Under the pieces are notes generated by a model. It was not told where the DNA came from. It did not search any database and worked only from the letters and a program-made list of their open reading frames with translations. A program made the position numbers and the translations under genes. From a virus (lineage: Duplodnaviria > Caudoviricetes), in IMG/VR virus record IMGVR_UViG_3300028591_008352, positions 1 to 64,000 of that record: a stretch of 64,000 bases of DNA. One strand, 5' to 3'. Shown one piece after another: positions 34,699 to 44,300 of this stretch (positions are counted from its first letter, which is position 1; the number at the start of each line of letters is the position of its first letter).

Positions 34699-35163
34699 TT
34701 ATTTGTTTGACAATACGTTTATCAGTAATTCTCTGTCAGCTTCCCAAAGGTTGTAGCCTTTCTCAATCTTCCTGCGTAGGTACTCAGAAGATCCGAGCAT
34801 TTCGATGGCCTTGGCTCTGAGGTCTGTTGCCGACCATTTCTCAGCCTGCTCAATCAGGAAGTCGGCCATTCCGTCATAGACGCTTGCCTTTGGCTCCAGT
34901 TCCTGAATCCGCTTGTAGTATTCAGAGAGTTTCTGTGTGTTCTCGTCAATAACACTTTCAAGCTCCTTTACTCTCAAATGGTTGTTTGCAGCATCCTTAC
35001 ACATGGCATCGTAGGCTTTCTGGATGCCTCCGTTCTTCTTCCACTGCTTGCACCAATCATCCTTGTCGAGATTGCTGTGTTCGTACTCCGGCTCTATCTC
35101 CTTGTGATAGTAGTCGTCTGTTGGTGTGAAACCCGTCCAGTCGATAAATTCCTTGATTAACAT
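34699..35163 (-). CDS. Hypothetical protein
   Basis: MLIKEFIDWTGFTPTDDYYHKEIEPEY...DKDDWCKQW. Confidence 0.7.
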   Translation of the reverse strand: MLIKEFIDWTGFTPTDDYYHKEIEPEYEHSNLDKDDWCKQWKKNGGIQKAYDAMCKDAANNHLRVKELESVIDENTQKLSEYYKRIQELEPKASVYDGMADFLIEQAEKWSATDLRAKAIEMLGSSEYLRRKIEKGYNLWEADRELLINVLSNK

Positions 35164-35174
35164 AACTCTTTGCT

Positions 35175-35423
35175 TTACTTGTTCATTAACTTGTTAAAAT
35201 ACTTTTGGGTGTCCTCTGCGCTTGCTTCACTGCAGATTTCAGCCGGGTAGATGAAATCATCGTCATCCCCTTGGTCATTGAGTTTCAGTTCGCCGTCAAT
35301 GACGCATGATGAAAGAAGATAGGCATCGTAGCCGAAGTCATCTTTCGTGTAACCGCCAATCATTCCCTGGTGCCATCTGATTCCATCGAGATAGACAACC
35401 GTTCCAAGTTTTAGCTTTTCCAT
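35175..35423 (-). CDS. Small acidic hypothetical protein
   Basis: 82 aa with DQGDDDDF; ATTATCAGAC immediately precedes its ATG. Confidence 0.65.
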   Translation of the reverse strand: MEKLKLGTVVYLDGIRWHQGMIGGYTKDDFGYDAYLLSSCVIDGELKLNDQGDDDDFIYPAEICSEASAEDTQKYFNKLMNK

Positions 35424-35432
35424 GTCTGATAA

Positions 35433-35588
35433 TTACTTGTTAATAAAAAGGTTGATGTACTTTGCCAGTCCGTACATAACGATTCCGCTGTTCATGTCAT
35501 TCGACTTCCTGGCGACAAAGTTTCTCATGCCACGCTCCGTCTTGAAGCTCTTGGTCTTTCCCGTGATAAATAATACCTTAAATTCCAT
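35433..35588 (-). CDS. Small basic protein, first gene of the leftward operon
   Basis: MEFKVLFITGKTKSFKTERG...; ATG at 35588. Confidence 0.6.
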   Translation of the reverse strand: MEFKVLFITGKTKSFKTERGMRNFVARKSNDMNSGIVMYGLAKYINLFINK

Positions 35589-35601
35589 ATCTGTATTGCG
35601 T
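35586..35601 (-). promoter_or_regulatory. sRNA target site 5 (ACGCAATACAGATATG)
   Basis: 15/16 complementary, with one A:A mismatch. Confidence 0.7.
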
Positions 35602-35609
35602 TTTGTTGT

Positions 35610-35643
35610 GTGCTTATTAAGCACGTTTGGTGTTGCAAATTTA
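35610..35643 (-). promoter_or_regulatory. Leftward promoter TAAATTTG with downstream palindrome GTGCTT-ATT-AAGCAC
   Basis: -7 element at 35636-35643 (minus strand); palindrome at 35610-35624. Confidence 0.65.
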
Positions 35644-35740
35644 TAGAATATGTTTAATATATGCAAGTATTTAAGCTAAATATTTAAATTTAAGGCAAAT
35701 ATTTAAGAAAGTTTAACTTTATAATTAATTCAAAATAATA

Positions 35741-35781
35741 ATGCTTATTAAGCACCTTTTCGAAAAATATGTCTATATTTG
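35741..35781 (+). promoter_or_regulatory. Head-operon promoter: ATGCTT-ATT-AAGCAC at the -33 position plus TATATTTG
   Basis: Palindrome at 35741-35755; -7 element at 35774-35781. Confidence 0.7.
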
Positions 35782-35807
35782 TACCCGTTTACATTTCCTT
35801 AATTACA

Positions 35808-36440
35808 ATGAACAAGAAATTACTTAAGGCTCTGCAAGACAAGTGCAAGGACTTTGGATTGACAGACAAGGCAATCGAGGAGCTGGCCGAGTCAGCTTCC
35901 GAGGGTCTCAGCGATGAGTCCTCAGACGAGGACATCGAGAATGCTGCGGATTCTCTCATTCCAACTGCAAAGATTATTCAGGGGGAGATTACGAGGAAGA
36001 CGCGCAAACAGGCTTCCAAGACTAAGACCACGACCAAAAAGGCTGGGGATGATGACGACGAGGGAGCAGGTGACGACGATGAGGGCAACGATGACGGCAA
36101 GAATCCCCCTTCGTGGTTCCGCAAATACAAGAAGCAGAACGACGAGGCCATCAAGGCATTGCAGGATGAAAATGCTGCACTGAAAGCTGAGAAGGCCAAG
36201 GGTGAGCGTCAGACAGCCATCACTCTGAAAGCGAAAGAGCTTAGAATCCCCGACTTCCTCATGAAGCGTTTCAGCATTGCCGATGACGCAGACATCGAGC
36301 AGGAGTTGAAGGAGTACAAGCAGGAGCTGGTCACAAACAAGCTGATGCCTGCCGAAAAGGCGGACATCTTATCATCCTCTCAAAAGGCAATGGAGGATGA
36401 TGCCGAAGAGTGGGCCAAATCATTGCCTGACAACAAGTAA
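35808..36440 (+). CDS. Capsid scaffolding protein
   Basis: Acidic linker and coiled coil, upstream of decoration/capsid genes. Confidence 0.75.
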   Translation: MNKKLLKALQDKCKDFGLTDKAIEELAESASEGLSDESSDEDIENAADSLIPTAKIIQGEITRKTRKQASKTKTTTKKAGDDDDEGAGDDDEGNDDGKNPPSWFRKYKKQNDEAIKALQDENAALKAEKAKGERQTAITLKAKELRIPDFLMKRFSIADDADIEQELKEYKQELVTNKLMPAEKADILSSSQKAMEDDAEEWAKSLPDNK

Positions 36441-36455
36441 AACCATTAGTGTAAG

Positions 36456-37190
36456 ATGATTACATTCGCATCTGAATCCTACACGAAGCACCCGAACCCT
36501 TTCTGGCGCCAGGAGCGTAGAATCCTGCCAGCAGGTTTCAAGCCCGTGCAGGAGTTCCCCGTAGGTACGAAAATCTACCGAGGGGCATGGGTGAAGGTTC
36601 TTGCCGGACTGACTTGCGGCGTCACCAAGGTGGCTCAGGTCCTGACTGGCGGCACCACCACGAAGCCAAGGGTTGCGAAGGGTGGCTATTTCCAGGTTGG
36701 TGACGTTGTTATGGATCTGTCCAACAACGCCAAGACGACAACCGTCAAGGCCATCGACACCAGCAACCCCGACTATGACGTGCTGACTCTCAATGCTGCT
36801 ATCTCCACGCTTGCAGAGGGTCACTTCATTCAGGAAGCGAACGAGTATGGCTACATCGACGCAGAGAGCACAACAGAGGGAGCCTTGAAGATTGTCGCCT
36901 CCGGCGCAACCACAGGGCAGGTAAACCTCGCCGACGTGACTCCCTACCTCGGTGAAAAGACCCTCGCTGCTAACGACTATGTTGTGCTGCAGAGCGCCAC
37001 GCCTAAGTTCATTCCTAACAGCGTGCTTGCCGAAGACGAGGAATTCGTCAAGGAGCGTTATCCCGCTCTGGCACCGGCGTATGACGCTGTTCTTCTGAAA
37101 GACATTCTCCCGCCGTTCCCCGAGGAATGGCTGATTGAGGGTGGTTATGCACTCAAAACAAATCCTAACATCAAAGTAATCGAGCAGTAA
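36456..37190 (+). CDS. Head decoration/fibre protein
   Basis: Between scaffold and MCP; LPAGF, GTKIY, TTVKAIDTSNPDYDVLTL. Confidence 0.7.
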   Translation: MITFASESYTKHPNPFWRQERRILPAGFKPVQEFPVGTKIYRGAWVKVLAGLTCGVTKVAQVLTGGTTTKPRVAKGGYFQVGDVVMDLSNNAKTTTVKAIDTSNPDYDVLTLNAAISTLAEGHFIQEANEYGYIDAESTTEGALKIVASGATTGQVNLADVTPYLGEKTLAANDYVVLQSATPKFIPNSVLAEDEEFVKERYPALAPAYDAVLLKDILPPFPEEWLIEGGYALKTNPNIKVIEQ

Positions 37191-37192
37191 CT

Positions 37193-38293
37193 ATGCCAGA
37201 ACTCAGTTCTCTTTTTGGCGAACTCACGAAGAACGTGCAGATTCGCATCGACAAGGCTTCTGAGCTGCAGAAGCGACTGTTTGACCAGGTGCTCTACACC
37301 CGATGGCTCGACTGGGATGACCCAACCATCGGACTGGACTTCGAGGAACTTGTGGGCAAGTACAACATCACCGTTGTAGCTCCCACTATCGGCATTGATG
37401 CCAAGGATCCTATCTTGCAGACGGAAGGCTTGGAGACCATCAAGAAGAGCGTGATGAACCACGCCCTCACGTTGCCTCTGAGCATGAAGGACTATCGCAA
37501 GATGCTCCAGATTCTCGACTCCAAGAGCCTCAGTGACAAGCAGAAGAGCCGCCAGCTCATCAACCTCATGTGGGGCAACGTACAGACGGTTGTCAACGCA
37601 GTAGAGGGTAAGATTGACATGATTTTCCTCGGTATGCTCTCCAATCACGGCGTATTCACCTTCGACGAGAACAACAACCCCGAGGGCCCGATCCGTGGCG
37701 GCATCAGCATGAACTTCCCGCAGGCCAACCTTGCCACAAGTAAGGTGGAATGGACGGAGGCCAACCTCGACACCGTTGACCCGATGGAAGACGTTTTCGA
37801 GCTGATTGACGCTGCCGAGGACAAGACCAGCCTCTCCACCATCCTCTGTGCTCCTTCGCGCATCAGCTACATGTGCCGCTGCAAGAAGATGAAGCAGATG
37901 ATTTGGGGTACCGACAAGTCCTCGAAGATTGTCACCTTGAAGGACATCAACGAGTACATGCAGAGCAACGACTATCCCACCTTCGAGAAGGTGCGCCGCC
38001 GCCTGCGTGTGCAGAAGGGCCGTCAGTTCCTGAGCTACAACCCGTGGAACGAGAAGAACCTGGTGGGCATCCCTGCCGGTAAGCTCGGAACCGTCAAGAA
38101 CGCCTACGCTGACAATGAGCTGAAGCAGGAGGCCGATGTTGCCTACAGCAACTATGGTCGCATCCGCATCAGCCAGTGGAACGTGGGCGAGACCAAGGGC
38201 GACAACCACGGTGAGTTTACCAAGGCTCAGTCCCTCTCTTTGCCCATCATTACTGAAGGAATGGATATCTATACCCTCAAGACTCAGCAGTGA
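37193..38293 (+). CDS. Major capsid protein (gpE-like)
   Basis: 366 aa at the canonical position, strong codon bias. Confidence 0.85.
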   Translation: MPELSSLFGELTKNVQIRIDKASELQKRLFDQVLYTRWLDWDDPTIGLDFEELVGKYNITVVAPTIGIDAKDPILQTEGLETIKKSVMNHALTLPLSMKDYRKMLQILDSKSLSDKQKSRQLINLMWGNVQTVVNAVEGKIDMIFLGMLSNHGVFTFDENNNPEGPIRGGISMNFPQANLATSKVEWTEANLDTVDPMEDVFELIDAAEDKTSLSTILCAPSRISYMCRCKKMKQMIWGTDKSSKIVTLKDINEYMQSNDYPTFEKVRRRLRVQKGRQFLSYNPWNEKNLVGIPAGKLGTVKNAYADNELKQEADVAYSNYGRIRISQWNVGETKGDNHGEFTKAQSLSLPIITEGMDIYTLKTQQ

Positions 38294-38631
38294 TGTACAG
38301 AACTAACTTGGAAGCACTCAGGGCGAAGTGCAAGCTGATATGCAACACCTGCTATGTGGACGATGACGTACTGAAGGACGTACTTATTGAAAACGGCATC
38401 CATCCAGATGACAGTGCCTCGGCTGGAAACGCAGACCTGTTCAAGGCGGCAATCATTGTCGTCAGGGGATGGGTGGAGACGGCACGTAGCGAGGGTGGAA
38501 TCAGCGCCAGCATCGACCGCGAGGCGGTGGACAAGAACATCCTCTTCTGGTGCCAGCGGTTCGGCCTGGATGCTTCCGAGTATCTCTCTGAAAGTATGAC
38601 CGTGATACAGGACGGGTCTAACATGTACTGA
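38290..38631 (+). CDS. Head-tail connector
   Basis: TNLEAL...SEGGISAS pattern; synteny. Confidence 0.7.
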   Translation: MMYRTNLEALRAKCKLICNTCYVDDDVLKDVLIENGIHPDDSASAGNADLFKAAIIVVRGWVETARSEGGISASIDREAVDKNILFWCQRFGLDASEYLSESMTVIQDGSNMY

Positions 38632-38632
38632 T

Positions 38633-38950
38633 ATGCGTACCAACGGAACCATGACATACAGGCTGTGCGCCACGGAAGGGCAGTTCGACGAGGATGGCCA
38701 GCCCATCGCCGCCGACTCCGTGTGGAGCGAGCCCGTACGCTGTTTCATCAAGACGAACACCCACGACAACAAGGGTACGAGCGTCAGCGGGACTTTCACG
38801 CATGAGGCATACGAAGTGCTGATTGAGCGGATTCCCGAAGGCCTCGATACTGACACAGTGAGACTCGTCAGGGGGAACAGGGAGCTTGGCGAGTTCAAGG
38901 TGCAGGACATTCAGGACGTGTCTCTCGACAGGATTAGGATCATTGTCTGA
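38633..38950 (+). CDS. Head closure protein
   Basis: QFDEDGQP...WSEPVRCFI; synteny. Confidence 0.65.
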   Translation: MRTNGTMTYRLCATEGQFDEDGQPIAADSVWSEPVRCFIKTNTHDNKGTSVSGTFTHEAYEVLIERIPEGLDTDTVRLVRGNRELGEFKVQDIQDVSLDRIRIIV

Positions 38951-38951
38951 C

Positions 38952-39485
38952 ATGGGGATTCAACTCAAATACTCATTTGATTTAGACGCCTTGGGGGATG
39001 TCGTTACCGAGAACGTCAGGAAATCCATCGTCAGCGTACTTACCGACGTGGGCATGCAATGCATCGCAGAGGCAAGGAGCAACGGTAACTACGAAGACCA
39101 GACAGGTAACCTGCGTTCGTCCATCGGCTTTGCCGTAGTGGTTGACGGTAAAATAGTTACCAAAAGCGGTTTCACCCAAGTACAGGGACGTGGCGAGAAC
39201 ATGGCACTTGTAAGATACAAGACCAAAGCTGGCAAAGAGGTGAAGTTTTGGGCTAAGGGTAAAAGCGGGGATGGTTCAGAAGGAGTAAGGCAAGGCGAAC
39301 AACTCCTTGACAAACTTGCATCGGAACATTCCACTGGTATCTGCCTAATTGTCGCAGCCGGCATGAGCTACGCCGTCTATGTCGAGGGTCGTGGAAAAAA
39401 CGTACTGACATCTGCCAAACTCCTGTCTGAGCGAGTGATTCCTGATATGTTTCAGCAACTTGGTATCAAAGTGAGAAAGAAATGA
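38952..39485 (+). CDS. Tail completion protein (HK97 gp10-like)
   Basis: YEDQTGNLRSSIG...VAAGMSYAVYVE..GKNVL. Confidence 0.75.
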   Translation: MGIQLKYSFDLDALGDVVTENVRKSIVSVLTDVGMQCIAEARSNGNYEDQTGNLRSSIGFAVVVDGKIVTKSGFTQVQGRGENMALVRYKTKAGKEVKFWAKGKSGDGSEGVRQGEQLLDKLASEHSTGICLIVAAGMSYAVYVEGRGKNVLTSAKLLSERVIPDMFQQLGIKVRKK

Positions 39486-39904
39486 GCGACATCAAGACCG
39501 GGACACAGATTGAGAAGGACTTCTTCCATTTCGTAAAGGAGAGCTCGATTGCCTCCACCATAAGGGGAAAGGTCTATCGTGACGGAACGAGACCGAGGAA
39601 CTCCAAGGCCGAGGATGCCGTTGTCATCTTCACAAGCGGGTTGGACGGACAGATCCAGGACGGTGTTGTGGTGCTCAACGTGTTCGTTCCAAAGAAGCCC
39701 TTCGGGAAGGACACCGAGCCAGTGAAGGATATCGGGCGTGTAGATGAACTTGAACAGCTCATTCGAGACTGGTTGAGGTTCTGGGACAATACGGAATATC
39801 TCATCGTGTCAAGGGACAGGCCGACCATTCGTTCCTATGAAGACCCTGAAACCCACGAGACATACATTCATGCAAGATTGAAATTTAGAAGATGTGCTGA
39901 ATAA
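39482..39904 (+). CDS. Tail terminator protein
   Basis: Synteny; RPRNSKAEDAVV, VVVLNVFVP. Confidence 0.65.
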   Translation: MSDIKTGTQIEKDFFHFVKESSIASTIRGKVYRDGTRPRNSKAEDAVVIFTSGLDGQIQDGVVVLNVFVPKKPFGKDTEPVKDIGRVDELEQLIRDWLRFWDNTEYLIVSRDRPTIRSYEDPETHETYIHARLKFRRCAE

Positions 39905-39915
39905 AAAAAATTACC

Positions 39916-40503
39916 ATGGCAAAGAAAAAGAAAATACTGGGATGGGGCGATTGTACTGGCAAGTGCACGCCCGTTAGCGGCGACCCCGAGTCCTATGACG
40001 ACATCGTGGAGAACTCCGCCTCCCTCTCCGTAGAAGAAGGTGAGGAACAGGAGGCTAACGTCGAGGGCGGTAAGGCCGAAGGCCGCAAGCAAGCCCCGGA
40101 CAAGTACCTCATCGAATTTGACCGACGCATCGGTGATGTAGACGAGGTCAAGGTAGGCTTTGTGGAGGATGCCGGCGATTGCGCCATCATCCCGAAGAAT
40201 GTTGGAGCCGTATATGCCGAACTGAAAGACTGCTCGCGTAAGATTACGCTGAAGCAAGACTCTACCGACGGACTTGTGGCTCACTACCTGTACAAGACAA
40301 AGGGTAGCACTGACTCGGAGGGGAACCTTGACGACGTTCTCATCAAGGAGCACGATTCCGCAGACGAGAGCTACACTGCCGTTGAGTCCACCTCTGGCAA
40401 GAATCCACGCGAGGAAGGCTGGTATATCAAGAATGGCGACGTTTACATCCACTCTTGGGACAAGGAGCCAGCTCAAGGCACCACCTACTACGAGCTCGGG
40501 TAG
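39916..40503 (+). CDS. Major tail protein
   Basis: ILGWG...SASLSVEEGEE...EGG..E pattern; synteny before TAC and tape measure. Confidence 0.7.
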   Translation: MAKKKKILGWGDCTGKCTPVSGDPESYDDIVENSASLSVEEGEEQEANVEGGKAEGRKQAPDKYLIEFDRRIGDVDEVKVGFVEDAGDCAIIPKNVGAVYAELKDCSRKITLKQDSTDGLVAHYLYKTKGSTDSEGNLDDVLIKEHDSADESYTAVESTSGKNPREEGWYIKNGDVYIHSWDKEPAQGTTYYELG

Positions 40504-40552
40504 GCTTTTTCATTTACCCTTGCCGACCGGGGTTTATCGGTCGGCATTATAT

Positions 40553-40625
40553 CGCGGTGTGGAGCAGTTGGCAGCTCGCTTGGCTCATAACCAAGAGGTC
40601 GGGGGTTCGAGTCCTCCCTCCGCAA
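40553..40625 (+). tRNA. tRNA-Met (CAT), initiator-type; CCA not encoded
   Basis: Full cloverleaf: C1:A72 mismatch, D arm GAGC/GCTC, anticodon stem CTTGG/CCAAG with loop CTCATAA (CAT at 40586-40588), TTCGA T-loop. Confidence 0.93.
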
Positions 40626-40629
40626 CTCT

Positions 40630-41364
40630 ATGGCAAACAGGAAAATGGGAAACAGGGAACTTGACAGGGAACTTGCGGATATCATAACTGCAAGGCCTCA
40701 CGATTTTTCCGTAGGGCGCAAGCACCTGCGCCTCTTCCCCGTCACACTTGCCAAGAAGTGCAAGTTGCAACCATATCTTGATGCCATTGGCGCCAACACC
40801 AAGGCGCTAATGATGAATCCCTACCTCGAGGCACTCCGCATCGTAAGCGGACACCGTAGGGAATGCTGCTCCATCCTGGCTATCCATACCGCCCCGAACA
40901 CCTACAAGGATCTGCACGACAAGCAGAGCCTGGCAGTCCGCAGGAACTTGATAAACAAATTGTCCGACGGTGACTTGTCGGCTTTGATGATTGAGGTTCT
41001 CATGGCAGACAAGACGGAACAGGTAATAGCGCACCTTGGACTCGACCGCGAACACGAGAGAGTCAGAAAGGTAATGGCCGTTAAAAAAGGGAGCAAGAAC
41101 AACCTGACCTTCGGCGGACTTACCATTTTCGGTTCGTTCATTGGACCGCTGAAGGAAATCGGGTACAGTGACGATGAAATACTTTTCGAACGCCCCTACT
41201 CCTTCCTGCGCCTAATGCTTGCAGACAAGATGACATCCATATACTTGAGCGACGACGAACTGCAAGGCGTAAGTGAGGAAGATGGCGGAACAATGATTGA
41301 CGGAAACGACCCGGACTCATTCGGGAAGCTGAAGTCTATGCTTAAACGTGTAAAATTCAACTGA
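40630..41364 (+). CDS. Tail assembly chaperone
   Basis: Directly upstream of tape measure; RHLRLFPVTLAK, C-terminal SFLRLMLADK. Confidence 0.7.
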   Translation: MANRKMGNRELDRELADIITARPHDFSVGRKHLRLFPVTLAKKCKLQPYLDAIGANTKALMMNPYLEALRIVSGHRRECCSILAIHTAPNTYKDLHDKQSLAVRRNLINKLSDGDLSALMIEVLMADKTEQVIAHLGLDREHERVRKVMAVKKGSKNNLTFGGLTIFGSFIGPLKEIGYSDDEILFERPYSFLRLMLADKMTSIYLSDDELQGVSEEDGGTMIDGNDPDSFGKLKSMLKRVKFN

Positions 41365-41366
41365 CC

Positions 41367-44300
41367 ATGGACGACGAAGTACTGTCATTCTCTGCCGAAT
41401 TGGAGGAAAAGGGGTTTGTCGAAGGCATGAACAAACTCCTGGAAGCAATTCACGGCATGGCAGAGGAAGTGAAGAAGACGGGCATGACCGTTGACCAGTT
41501 CTCTACCAAGGCTCTTGCCTCATTCGACACCATGACTGCAGCTATCAACCGTCAGGCCCAGGCACAGGGCAGGGCTGGCAAGGCTGGGCGTGACGCCTCC
41601 GAGGCAGAACGCCAAGGTGCCGACAATGCTACAGAGGCCATCGGCAGGACTGGCAGGGCAACCGACGAACTCGGCAGGAAGCTGCAGAAGGCAGGCGACG
41701 AGGGTTCCGTAAGCTTCGGCAAGATGGCAAAATACGCCGCAGGGTTCTTCACGCTGCAGAAGGCCAAGGAGTTCGGGCAAAAGATGTTCGACGTCCGCAA
41801 GGAGATGGAAAGCCTGCAAGTATCGTTCGAGACGCTTGCGGGAGCTGATGTCGGCAAGCAACTGTATGAGGACATCAAGCAATTCACCCTTAACACCCCA
41901 ATGATGATGGGTGACTTTGCGAAGGGCGCGCAAACATTACTCGGCTTCAACATCGAGGCGCAGAAGGTGATGCCCATATTAAAGCAGATAGGCGATATCA
42001 GCATGGGCGACTCGCAGAAATTCAATTCTCTCACCCTTGCTTTTGCACAAATGTCGTCAACTGGCAAGTTGATGGGACAGGACTTGCTGCAGATGATTAA
42101 CGCCGGCTTCAATCCCCTTGTGGTCATCAGCGAGAAAACGGGAAAGTCAGTAGCCGAGCTGAAAGACGAGATGTCGAAGGGTGCCATTTCCGTAGAGATG
42201 GTGGAAGAGGCATTCCGCAGCGCGACGGAAGAGGGCGGAAAGTTCCATGGAATGCTCGAGCAACAGTCCAAGACTCTCGGGGGCGCATACTCCAACCTGC
42301 TTGGTGCCATCGACGAGATGTTCAACGAGATTGGCGAGAAGTCGGAGGGAATAATGGCTGGTGCCATCGATACGGCTACGCTTCTTGCACGGAACTACGA
42401 AATGGTAGGCAAGGTGATTATTGGGTTGGTTGCCACGTATGGAACCTATAAGGCAGCAGTGATGACCGTTACAGCTGTCGAGAGGATACAGGCGCTGTCG
42501 CGACTTGCCCACATCAAGCAAATGACGCTACTTCAGTTGGCCACAGACATCCTGACAAGGAAAACTGCCCTGCTGAATGCTACAATGCTCGCAAATCCTT
42601 ATGTGCTTGCAGCTACGGCAATAGGTGCGCTGGTAAGTGCAATGGTCATCGGTATCAAGCACACGGACGTGCTCGCAGACGGGCAGAAGAAACTCAACGA
42701 GACCTATGCCGAAGCCGAGGGTGCAGCCGCAAAGGAGCAGAGAAAGATTGACGATCTGTTCGGCACACTTAGAAAGGCTAAAAATGGTACCGAAGAGTGG
42801 AAGAATGCGAAGAGCGCAATACTGAGTCAATACGGAGGCTATCTGAAAAGACTTGGTACTGAAGTCAGTAGTCTGAAGGACGTGGAAAGTGCCTACCGTG
42901 CAGTAAGTCGTGCAGCAAGGGATGCCGCTATGGCTCGCGGTATGGAGGCTGCTATCGGCAACATCAACAATGACTACGGTGACACTTATTCGAAGAACTT
43001 CGACAAGATACGCAACAGCCTAAAGTCTCGGTACGGCGAGGATTTTGCATCAAAGCAAATGAATTTGCTCCGTATTCACATGCAGCGCAATGGCGGACTT
43101 ATCAGCGACAACAACAAGGAAGCCTTGAAGGGAATTATGCGCGGCACATCTGACTACGGCAATATGGATTCGTGGGTAACTGCGCTGAACAATGCCGAGA
43201 AGAACCGCCAACAGTTATTGAAGGAAGCTCAGGAAAAGTTCGGCAAGTTGAATGCCCAGATATTCGATGCAGCGGAAAATCCTGAAGGAACGGGCAAGCA
43301 TAATGTCCGCAACAAAAGAGCCATTGAAGAAGATAAGAAGAAGGCCCAGGCAGAACTTGATTCATTGGAAGCAATAGACGCTGCAGGTAAGAAGGGCGCA
43401 GCACTGCGCAAGAAGATTGCTGGTTATAACAAGGAATTGGAATCATATAGCGCCTCCTCTGACAAGAAGGCTGCCACGGAAGCAGCAAAACAATGGAAGG
43501 AGACCGTCAAAAGCAATGCAGCAACCATTCAGGAAGAGCGTCGGTACCAGGAAGAACTTGACAAATACACCCTTCAAGCCGAGCAAGCCCGCTCTGATGC
43601 AAGGATCGCAGCCATAAGGAACGATGCCGAGCGTGAGAGAGCCGAGCAGGACGAGCAGCACAGAAGAAGTCTCCAGCAGATAGCCGAGTTGGCAGACGAA
43701 ATGCGCAAGGCCATCTACGAGCATAACAAGAAGGCATGGGAAGCCGAGCACAAGGATTCCCCTTACGAACTGACCGAGGAGGGTGGGAAAGGCTGGAAGG
43801 AAATAAGTCTATCTGATGACCAGCAGTCCATCATCAACGCACGGTTGAAGAAAGAGAATGCCGAGTATTCCCGTCTGCTTGAAGAAAGACGGAGAAGCGA
43901 GAGGCAGTCCATGTACGACTACATCAAGGAGTACGGAAGCATTCAGCAGCAGCGCCTTGCTATTACAAAGGAATACGACGAGAAGATATCCGAGACAAAA
44001 GACGCTACCCAGAAAGCCGTCTTGGAACAGCGGAAGAAGCAGGATCTTTCATCTGTCGACTATAATGCAATACAGCAGTCCATCGACTGGGAATCCGTGT
44101 TCAACGACATAGAACGGCTGTCTACGGGTGCGTTGAGGTCTATTCGGGAGAAATTAAAGGCTGCACTTAATGTTGGTGACATCACCCCTGAGAATGCAAA
44201 GGTTCTGTCAGAGAAGATTCTTGAAATCGAAGACAGGATTTCGGAGAGGTCAAATGTATGGTCTTCCCTCATTCCTGCATTGAAGGAAAGGGAGAGGATT

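Noticed and set aside
41078-41092. AAAAAAGGG run in the tail assembly chaperone as a programmed -1 frameshift
   Set aside because: It is not a canonical X XXY YYZ heptamer in frame, and the 0 frame already continues to the tape measure gene.
42815-42825. CGCAATACTGA (11-nt sRNA complement) inside the tape measure gene, and GCAATACTGGT at 19681 in ssb
   Set aside because: The first is deep in a CDS. The second is forced by the conserved NKAILVG motif. Both are compatible with chance.
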